Source: Candidatus Methylomirabilia bacterium | GTDB lineage: Bacteria > Methylomirabilota > Methylomirabilia > Rokubacteriales > CSP1-6 | Assembly (NCBI GenBank): GCA_046758965.1 | Contig: JBHIBG010000064.1 | Location: 1-15,174 of the forward strand | DNA: 15,174 nt | Direction: 5' to 3' | Shown: in pieces, positions 7,976-15,061 of the stretch | How the letters are laid out: every line of letters starts with the position of its first letter | Position numbering within the stretch: position 1 is the first letter of the stretch | Program-made: the position numbers and the translations under genes | The notes under the pieces: generated by a model | Seen by the model: the letters and a program-made list of their open reading frames with translations, nothing else | What the model was told of the DNA's origin: nothing | Databases searched by the model: none

Positions 7976-8413
7976 ATGGGGCGGTCGCGGATGCTTTCAG
8001 GGGCTCTCTTGGTGGCGCTGCTGCTCGTGATGGTAGCCCCTATCCCCGCAGCCGAGGTCGGTCGTGTGCCGATCGGCAAAGCCCGGCGGGCCCGGGACTG
8101 GGACAGGGATACAGCGTACCTGCTCTTCAGCCGACGCGCGACCTCCTCCGACCTGGTCGGCGGCCTGGGCGGCATCGCGTTTAACCCCAAGGACTGCATG
8201 CGCTGCCATGAGAACGCCGCTGGCGTCGAAGGGCAGATCTTCTACGGCCCTGCTTTCAAGGAGTTCACCAAGGACCAGTGGCCGGACATGCTCAGCCAAC
8301 CGGAGAAGCGACACGTCCCCGTAAAGAGTTACGACTTCATTGAGACCCACAAGAAAAAGGTCAAACTCCTCTTCGGTGTGTTTCCGGAGCAAGTCCTTAA
8401 GCAGAACCGGTGA
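7976..8413 (+). CDS. Secreted protein with a single CxxCH motif, putative monoheme cytochrome c, 145 aa
   Basis: Sec-type signal (MGRSRMLSGALLVALLLVMVAPIPAA) and CMRCH at 8195-8209. The stop overlaps the next start (GTGA at 8410-8413). Confidence 0.75.
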   Translation: MGRSRMLSGALLVALLLVMVAPIPAAEVGRVPIGKARRARDWDRDTAYLLFSRRATSSDLVGGLGGIAFNPKDCMRCHENAAGVEGQIFYGPAFKEFTKDQWPDMLSQPEKRHVPVKSYDFIETHKKKVKLLFGVFPEQVLKQNR

Positions 8414-9030
8414 GGTGGAACCAGCGGGCTGAGCTCTATTTCGCCCTTTCCGAGTGCTACAAGGAGCCGTCTCAGGACTTCGCCAGGGAGGTCGCGGAGG
8501 GTATCTTATATGAGACGGTGACGGAAGGGTTTGTCGCTCTCGGGATCCGGGAAGACCTCCAAGCGCTTCGGATCCCGAGCCCCCCGGATGTGACGCTGAA
8601 CACGCTCCAATCGGCCTACTATCCCCTCTTTGTCATTTCGTCCACCGTCGTCCTCCCTGTGGAGTCCGTCTTCAAGGATCGGGGTGGGGAGGGCGGTCTC
8701 CTCGCGGGGGCCCGGGGCATGATCATGGGACCTCCCGCGGTGGACATGCTCCGGCGGTACCAGGCCCAGGGCGTCCTCACACCGAAAGGCTTCAAGGACT
8801 ACCCCGATCACCTCGCCTTGCTCCTGGAATATGGTGGCTTGCTCTGCCAGGCGGAGGATCCCGCCCTGGGTCAGTTTGTCGCCGCGCATCTCGACGGATG
8901 GCTTGAGGAGTTCAAGGAGAACGTACACGCCTGCACAGAAGACGCTTTTTACCGCGCCGTGGCCTCGGCGACGGTAGCCTTTGCGCTTTACGAGCGGGGA
9001 GACCTTCGGCAGGGAGAGCCCCGTGCCTGA
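8410..9030 (+). CDS. TorD/DmsD-family redox-enzyme maturation chaperone, 206 aa
   Basis: R..LY..LS..Y..P at the N terminus, LPVESVF, PDHLALLLEY (PDH motif), F..HL..W and FY. Sits inside a Tat molybdoenzyme operon. Confidence 0.88.
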   Translation: MRWNQRAELYFALSECYKEPSQDFAREVAEGILYETVTEGFVALGIREDLQALRIPSPPDVTLNTLQSAYYPLFVISSTVVLPVESVFKDRGGEGGLLAGARGMIMGPPAVDMLRRYQAQGVLTPKGFKDYPDHLALLLEYGGLLCQAEDPALGQFVAAHLDGWLEEFKENVHACTEDAFYRAVASATVAFALYERGDLRQGEPRA

Positions 9031-10477
9031 TCTCGCCTTTCCGATCATCGGCAACCGGACAGCCATCTGGATCGTGGCCCAGTTGCACCTCAACTTCGCC
9101 GCCTTCATCCTGGGAGCGCCCATCTTCATCGTCATCAGCGAGTACCTGGGCTGGCGCAAGAACGACCCCCGCTACGAGCGGCTAGCCCGCGAGATGACGA
9201 AGATCACAGCCGTGGCATACAGCCTCACCGCCCTGCTGGGAGGCTTCTTCGCCTTGATGCTGAGCGGGCTCTACCCGGAGTTCTCCGGCTTCCTCTTCCC
9301 TCGCTTCTTCATGCTCTGGGTTCTGCTCTACCCGGTCTTCTTCATCCTGGAGACCCTGAGCCTGTACACCTACTGGTACAGCTGGGATGCCCTGAAGGAT
9401 CGCAAGGGGTTGCACATCGCCATCGGTGTGGGCCTGAACATCATCGGCGCCCTCACCATGCTCAACCAGAACGCGATCGCCTCCTTCATGAATACCCCGC
9501 CTGAAACCTGGCAGACAGCCTCCCTCTGGCAGCTGATGAACAACCCCACCTGGTGGCCGCTGAACCTCCACCGCTTCATCGCCAACGTCGTCTTCGGAGG
9601 CTTCATCACGGGCTTGGTGGCGGCCTACATGTACCTCACCTCGAAGGACCCCGGGGAGCGGGCCTTCTACGACTGGATGGGGTTCAGCGGCAATCTCATC
9701 GGCACCGCTACCTTTGTCCTGCTGATGGTTCCAGGCTACATCTACGGCCGGGAGATCTACGCCTACGATGCCTCCCTGGGGATCTACCTGATGTCGGACC
9801 GGCTTTCGATGTTCTTCGAGATGCAAGGGATCCTGGTGGGACTGCTCTTCCTGGCGGCCAACTACTATATGTGGCTGAGCGTCAGGCGGATCGAGGGCGG
9901 GGACCGCTTCGCCCTGCCCATGAAGATCGGCTTCGCCCTCATCTTCCTGGGCAATGCCATCTGGGCGACCCCCCGGCATTTCTTCGCCACCATGATCCTC
10001 GAGTCAGGGATGCTGCCCCCTGGCATGACCGAGGAGGCGCTCATTGCCCAGATGGAGCTCCCGGCCCATCTTGGGTTCCTGGCTCTGATGCCGGCCAAGA
10101 ATGCCGCGGCCGCCTGGACCGCGCTGGTCACTCTCGCGAACTACGTCTTCTACCGCATCGCCATCCGCCGGGGGCGCATCACGTGGGGGAGGATCGAGAC
10201 GCCTTCCCAGTATGCCCTGATCGTCCTGGCGTTCGCAGCCATCTGGACCATGGGGCTGATGGGGGCTGTGCGCTCTCTCATGCGCAAGAGCTTCCACGTC
10301 TACAACGCCATCCCCGATTTCACCGCCGAACCGTTCACGCCCACCCTGTTCTATTCGACCCTGGTGGTCACCGCTATCTCTCTGATCTTCTTTCTTCTCA
10401 TCACCTTCATCATCTGGCTCAGCCACAAGTTGGGAAAACCAGAGCAGGAGGTTCTCCCGGGAGAGGTCGGTCGATGA
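9023..10477 (+). CDS. Cytochrome bd subunit I (CydA)-like polytopic membrane protein, non-canonical Nitrospira-like 'bd-like' type, 484 aa
   Basis: Start moved to GTG 9023 (RBS AGGGAG at 9011-9016; overlaps the chaperone stop). About 11 hydrophobic segments by eye. QLHLNF (His22), YERLAR, FFILET, NAIASFMNTP and NPTWWPLNLHRFIAN (His183) parallel CydA motifs H19, FFLES, NSWMQTP and H186. Confidence 0.85.
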   Translation: MPDLAFPIIGNRTAIWIVAQLHLNFAAFILGAPIFIVISEYLGWRKNDPRYERLAREMTKITAVAYSLTALLGGFFALMLSGLYPEFSGFLFPRFFMLWVLLYPVFFILETLSLYTYWYSWDALKDRKGLHIAIGVGLNIIGALTMLNQNAIASFMNTPPETWQTASLWQLMNNPTWWPLNLHRFIANVVFGGFITGLVAAYMYLTSKDPGERAFYDWMGFSGNLIGTATFVLLMVPGYIYGREIYAYDASLGIYLMSDRLSMFFEMQGILVGLLFLAANYYMWLSVRRIEGGDRFALPMKIGFALIFLGNAIWATPRHFFATMILESGMLPPGMTEEALIAQMELPAHLGFLALMPAKNAAAAWTALVTLANYVFYRIAIRRGRITWGRIETPSQYALIVLAFAAIWTMGLMGAVRSLMRKSFHVYNAIPDFTAEPFTPTLFYSTLVVTAISLIFFLLITFIIWLSHKLGKPEQEVLPGEVGR

Positions 10478-11652
10478 GTTGGTGGCGGAATCTCCGTTGG
10501 AAGGTGGTGGCCACCGGAGTCCTTGCCATCGTTGTCTGGTTCGCCAGCGGTCTTATCGGCTTCCCAACCGTCTTTCGCCTCTACTTCGTGGGCTACGTGC
10601 TCATTGCGCTTCCCTTCTTTGTGCTGCTGGACGTGCGCTTTGGTGCGCAGCCACGCCACGGTGGCGTGGCCATCCTGGCTGTCTTCCTGATCGCCTCCGC
10701 CGCCCTGGTGCTGGCAGGCTGGCTGTTGCCCCAGTACAGCCCGGAGGTGGAGCAGCAGAAGATCGCCCGCCTCCAGCGCTCTTTTCTGGAGCGGCAGAAG
10801 CCCCAGCGCATTGAAGCCCTGCGCAAGAGAGCGGAGGAGCTCGGGCTGGCCCTGGTGAAGCGCGATCAGGTAACCCAGGCCTCGGCAGCCTCTGAGGGAG
10901 CCCCGGTTGGCCCTTCCCCGGCGCTCATCGAGCGCGGCCGGCTCGCCTACGACGACTGGGAGTGCTACAATTGCCACAAGATCGGCGGGAAGGGTGGCGT
11001 CAAACGGCGCGGACCGGAGCTGGACCAGGTCGGAAACCTCCTCTCCCCCGATAGCATCCACGCCGAGCTCCTCAACCCCCGCTCGTCTCTGGCAGAGGGC
11101 TTCGAGGAAGAGTACAACAAGGTGACCATGCCCGATGACTACAGCGAGCGGATGAGCGAGGAGGAGATCAGCGCCCTGGTGGCCTACCTCGCTACCCTCC
11201 AGGATGCCTCCGTTCAAACTCCCAGGCCTCTCTTCCCGGGCACGGCCAAAGGGGATCGCGGCCCGTTCTACGAGATCCCTCTGGAGTATCAGCGGACCAT
11301 GCCGGCCGGCTGGTGGACCGACCCCCAGGTCCTTGCGGAGGGAAAGGCGATCTACGAGGGCCAGGTCCATTCTGACGTGGTCTGTGCTGCCTGCCACGGC
11401 CGAGATGGTGTCCCCATCGTGACCGGCGCCGCTGACTTCCGCGACCCGGACTTGGTGGAAGGCTGGTCTGATACCTACTGGTACTGGCGCATCGCCAAGG
11501 GGGTGCCGGACACGCCCATGACGCCCTGGGAAGGGAAGCTCACCACTCGAGAAATCTTCAAAGTCATGGCCTACGTGAACAGCTTCGCTTACGAAGGTGA
11601 GCCGACAGATCACAACGAGACGTTCTACCCGCCCAAGGCGGAGGCGAAGTAA
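10474..11652 (+). CDS. Membrane-anchored diheme cytochrome c, 392 aa
   Basis: True start is ATG 10474 (RBS GAGAGG, ATGA overlap), not 9553. Three N-terminal hydrophobic segments, then CYNCH (10963-10977) with GPELD and TMPDDY, and CAACH (11383-11397) with TPMTPW. These look like two class-I His/Met domains. Confidence 0.9.
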   Translation: MSWWRNLRWKVVATGVLAIVVWFASGLIGFPTVFRLYFVGYVLIALPFFVLLDVRFGAQPRHGGVAILAVFLIASAALVLAGWLLPQYSPEVEQQKIARLQRSFLERQKPQRIEALRKRAEELGLALVKRDQVTQASAASEGAPVGPSPALIERGRLAYDDWECYNCHKIGGKGGVKRRGPELDQVGNLLSPDSIHAELLNPRSSLAEGFEEEYNKVTMPDDYSERMSEEEISALVAYLATLQDASVQTPRPLFPGTAKGDRGPFYEIPLEYQRTMPAGWWTDPQVLAEGKAIYEGQVHSDVVCAACHGRDGVPIVTGAADFRDPDLVEGWSDTYWYWRIAKGVPDTPMTPWEGKLTTREIFKVMAYVNSFAYEGEPTDHNETFYPPKAEAK

Positions 11653-11689
11653 GAATGGCTGCGGCCCTGCGGGGATGCGGAGGCGGACC

Positions 11690-12463
11690 GTGAGGGGCGT
11701 ACGCTGCGCCATCGCTATGGCCAGCGGCAAGGGTGGCGTGGGCAAGAGCACTGTGGCCGTCAACTTGGCCGTGGCGCTGGCCCGGGTTGGCGCGCAGGTG
11801 GGCTTGCTGGACGCGGACATCTACGGGCCCTGCGTGCCGGTGATGACCGGCTTGGCGGGACAGCATCCCCGCTCCGCCGATGGGCAACGCGTGCTACCTT
11901 TGAGCAACTACGGCGTCAAGCTGATGTCTATGGGCTTCCTCGTCGAGGAGCGCGAGGCCCTGGCTTTCCGCGGACCCGTGGTCCACCAGGTGATCCAGGA
12001 GTTCCTGCAGGATGTGGAGTGGGGCACCCTGGACTACCTGATCGTGGACCTGCCCCCGGGTACCGGTGATGCGGTCATCACCCTGGTGCAACAGCTACCC
12101 TTAACGGGCGTGGTGATCGTGACCACCCCCCAGAACCTGGCCGTGGTCTCGGTGGTACGCTGTGTGGCGCTGTTCCGGGAGCGGGGTGTGCCCCTCTTGG
12201 GGATTGTCGAAAACATGAGCAGCTCGCTCTGTCCCCGCTGTGGTGAACCGTTGGAGATCTTCGGCCAAGGGCAGAAGGTGCGCGATATGGGCGCCTACTG
12301 GGGAATCCCTTTCCTTGGCCCTATCCCGCTCGATCCTGAGGTCCGAGAAAGCGGCGACGTAGGCGAGCCAGTGGTGCTTCGGGCTTCAACATCACCGGCA
12401 GCTCAGGCCCTCACCCGTCTGGCCCGGATCGTTGCCGCCCGGGTTCCGGGCGCTCTGCAATGA
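11690..12463 (+). CDS. mrp: Mrp/NBP35 (ApbC) family P-loop ATPase, Fe-S cluster carrier, about 257 aa
   Basis: SGKGGVGKST, DADIYGP, MSMGF, RGP, DYLIVDLPPGTGD, VTTPQ and GIVENMS...CPRC. Likely start is GTG 11690 after GGAGG (11679-11683); ATG 11675 is an alternative. Confidence 0.93.
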   Translation: MRGVRCAIAMASGKGGVGKSTVAVNLAVALARVGAQVGLLDADIYGPCVPVMTGLAGQHPRSADGQRVLPLSNYGVKLMSMGFLVEEREALAFRGPVVHQVIQEFLQDVEWGTLDYLIVDLPPGTGDAVITLVQQLPLTGVVIVTTPQNLAVVSVVRCVALFRERGVPLLGIVENMSSSLCPRCGEPLEIFGQGQKVRDMGAYWGIPFLGPIPLDPEVRESGDVGEPVVLRASTSPAAQALTRLARIVAARVPGALQ

Positions 12464-12841
12464 TCAGGCGATCGCGTTCCTCCTTCTTCACCCGACGCTC
12501 GATCTGACAGTGGAACGGGGGTCCGCTGAGGGTCTCGCGGCCTGAACCGGGTCCCCCCGGGCCTCATGCGTGACATGACTCGGGAACTCCCCCTCCGCCT
12601 CGTCATGGCCATGAAGCAGGACTGACATGAGGCTGGACTGAGGCAATCGACCTACCAAATTAGGGCAAATGCTCCTGGAGCTGTGACACCCTGCGAGTTC
12701 AAAGTACCGCGTAAGATGAGAGACGAGATCGTGACCCGGCGCGTCGAGACTCGCACCCGGGCCGAGCGGCTCCAAGTGGTGGATCTTGCCGTGTATGAGG
12801 CGGGGCGTCTGCCTTGAGCCGGGATTCGGGGTGAGGTGGCG

Positions 12842-14497
12842 ATGGGAGCCGCGGAAGCGCTGAGGCAGCTCAAGATGGCCCGCCAGGAGTACGAAAAGCG
12901 GGTTCGAGCAATCCTCGGCGCCTGCGGGGGGGACGATCCGGAGGCGCGGACGCAGTCGGGTCTTCCGCTCAAGCTGCTTTACACCCCCCTGGACGTCCAG
13001 GGGGCGGATTACCTCCGGGATCTCGGGTTCCCAGGGGACTACCCCTACACGCGAGGCGTCTTTCCCGCCGGACACCGGGCGCGGGAGTGGACCCGGCGGC
13101 AGGTGGTGGGGCTCGGGACGGCGGAAGAGACCAACACCCGCCTCAAGCGCCTCTTCGCCGAGGGGCAGACGGGGTTCAGCGTCTGCGGGATGGGGTACCA
13201 GAACTACGACTCCGACGACGAGCGCTCCCTGGCCCACCTGGGCCGGGGTGGGGTCTGGATCGACACCCTAGCGGATATGGAGACGCTCTTGGACGGGATC
13301 GAGATGGAGGCGATCAGCCTGACGCAGATCGGGGCCTCCGTTCCCGTGTTCGCCATGCTCCTGGCAGTGGCCCAGAATCGGGGGATCCCCTGGGAGCGGC
13401 TCCGGGGAACGATCCAGAACTGGGCGACGCCGGGCGGGGAGGGACCGGAGCTCAAGGGAAACGCCTCCCTCGACATCATCGAGTTTTGCACGAAGCACAT
13501 GCCGCGCTGGAACCACACCAGCATCTCGGTCCGCAACCTCCGGGACTCCGGGGCGACCGCGCCCCAGGAGATCGCCTTCAGCCTCTACCAGGGAGCCTTT
13601 ACCGTCCGGTCAGCTCTGGCCAGGGGCCTCGACGTGGACGTCATCGCCCCCCGCATCTCGTTCTTCCTGAGCGCCGAGAGCGACTTCCTCGAAGAGGTGG
13701 CCAAGTTCCGGGCGATGCGGCGGATGTGGGCCCGCCTGATGCGGGAGAGGTTCCGCGCGCGAAACCCGCGGTCCTGGGTCCTGCGCTTTCATGTCCAGAC
13801 CTCGGCCCTGGGACTCACGGCCCAGCAACCGCTCAACAACGTGATCCGCTCCACCCTCCACGCGCTGGCCGCGGCCCTCGGAGGCGCCCAGTCGCTGTCG
13901 GTCGACTCCTTCGACGAAGCCCTGGCCATTCCGACCGAGTTCTCGGCCATTCTCTCCCTCAGGACCCAGGAGATCATCCTCCACGAGAGCGGCGTGGCGA
14001 AGGTCATCGACCCCCTGGGCGGCTCGTACTGCATCGAGGCGCTTACGGACGAGCTGGAGGAGGAAGCCGGCAAGCTCCTCGAGACGCTCGAGGCCATGGA
14101 GCCCGCCCGGGCGTTTTCGTGGATGGATGAGCAGACAGAGGCCGAAGCCGCCCGGCGCCAGCGTGCCATCGACGCCGGCCAGCAGGTCGTGGTGGGCGTG
14201 AACCAGTTCAAGGCGGATGATGAGGAAGGGGTCCCGGCCCTTCCGCTCTTCGAGTACGACCCGGCCTGGCGGGACAAGCAGATTGCACGGCTTCGGAAGG
14301 TCCGGGCTGAGCGGGATCCGGTCGCGGCGGACCGGGCAAAAGAACGCCTGGGCGAGGCCTACCGGGAGAAAGTCAACATCATCCCCCCCATGCTGGAGGC
14401 GGTCAGGGCCTGCCTCAGCATCGGCGAGATTGCGAGGGTGAGGGAAGCGGCGGTGGGCGAGCCGCCCTTCCGGGGGGCCATGTACTTCTGGCGCTGA
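12842..14497 (+). CDS. Adenosylcobalamin-dependent acyl-CoA mutase family, large (substrate-binding) subunit, divergent, about 551 aa
   Basis: T.SGLPLK.LYTP, LGFPGDYPYTRG, WT.RQ, EETN, GQTGFSV, GV.IDTLADME.L, GTIQN, EEVAKFRA.RR.WA, RFHVQTS, TAQQPLNNVIR, LGGAQSL...SFDEAL.IPT, LRTQ.I..E and DPLGGSY.IE.LT. Start is ATG 12842 or GTG 12836. Confidence 0.93.
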   Translation: MGAAEALRQLKMARQEYEKRVRAILGACGGDDPEARTQSGLPLKLLYTPLDVQGADYLRDLGFPGDYPYTRGVFPAGHRAREWTRRQVVGLGTAEETNTRLKRLFAEGQTGFSVCGMGYQNYDSDDERSLAHLGRGGVWIDTLADMETLLDGIEMEAISLTQIGASVPVFAMLLAVAQNRGIPWERLRGTIQNWATPGGEGPELKGNASLDIIEFCTKHMPRWNHTSISVRNLRDSGATAPQEIAFSLYQGAFTVRSALARGLDVDVIAPRISFFLSAESDFLEEVAKFRAMRRMWARLMRERFRARNPRSWVLRFHVQTSALGLTAQQPLNNVIRSTLHALAAALGGAQSLSVDSFDEALAIPTEFSAILSLRTQEIILHESGVAKVIDPLGGSYCIEALTDELEEEAGKLLETLEAMEPARAFSWMDEQTEAEAARRQRAIDAGQQVVVGVNQFKADDEEGVPALPLFEYDPAWRDKQIARLRKVRAERDPVAADRAKERLGEAYREKVNIIPPMLEAVRACLSIGEIARVREAAVGEPPFRGAMYFWR

Positions 14498-14499
14498 GC

Positions 14500-14886
14500 A
14501 TGGGCCCGGTGCGCCTTCTCCTCGTTGCGGACACCCCGGGCCACACCGTGGGGTACTCGGTTGTGGCCAGGGGGCTTCGGGACGCGGGTATCGAGGTGAT
14601 CTTGGGGGGATGCCTCCTTCCCCGCGAGATCGTCCAGCTAGCGCTCGCCGAAGATGTGCAGTGGATCGGCTACCGGATCATGGATGGCGCTCCCGACATC
14701 CTCGTGGCTCGGCTCATGGAGGAAGTCGAAAGACAAGGGGCTGACGGGATCCAGGTCCTCGTGGGAGGGATCGTTCCCCTGCACCTGATCCCGGCGCTCG
14801 AGGCCATGGGGGTGGCCGGGGTCTTTACCCCGGGGAGCCGAATGGCGGAGATCGTCGACGTTCTCGCACGGCGGCGCGTCACGTGA
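14500..14886 (+). CDS. Cobalamin-binding small subunit of the acyl-CoA mutase, divergent, 128 aa
   Basis: GHTVG..VVARGLRDAGIEVI, P.EIV..A..EDV, VGGIVP and GV.GVFTPGS match mutase B12-binding domains. Starts 2 nt after the large-subunit stop. Confidence 0.9.
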   Translation: MGPVRLLLVADTPGHTVGYSVVARGLRDAGIEVILGGCLLPREIVQLALAEDVQWIGYRIMDGAPDILVARLMEEVERQGADGIQVLVGGIVPLHLIPALEAMGVAGVFTPGSRMAEIVDVLARRRVT

Positions 14887-15061
14887 TGGAGTCGGCGAGG
14901 TCACCACAGAAGGGCCCTGAACCGAAATCACCGAGTCTCAGGACGAGGCCCAGCGGGTGGCGCGGTCGGCGGGGGCTGCTCGCCGCGACAGGATCCGCGG
15001 GCCCGGCCAGTGGGCTGGTGCAGCAGCCGGCAGTAGGGCAGACGAAGCGAGCGAACAGGAA

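Noticed and set aside
9553..10473. N-terminal 307 codons of the 699-aa ORF, suggesting a large fusion or overlapping gene
   Set aside because: Arg/Pro/Gly-rich off-frame read-through of the CydA-like gene. The real start is ATG 10474 with an RBS and ATGA coupling.
12464..12841. Cobalamin riboswitch or c-di-GMP-I riboswitch upstream of the mutase
   Set aside because: No convincing B12-box or GGGAA..GGTG..AA.TCC...GCCCCC core. AGGGCAAA at 12662-12669 is not followed by the GAAA-loop stem and GACGCAAAGC expected for c-di-GMP-I.
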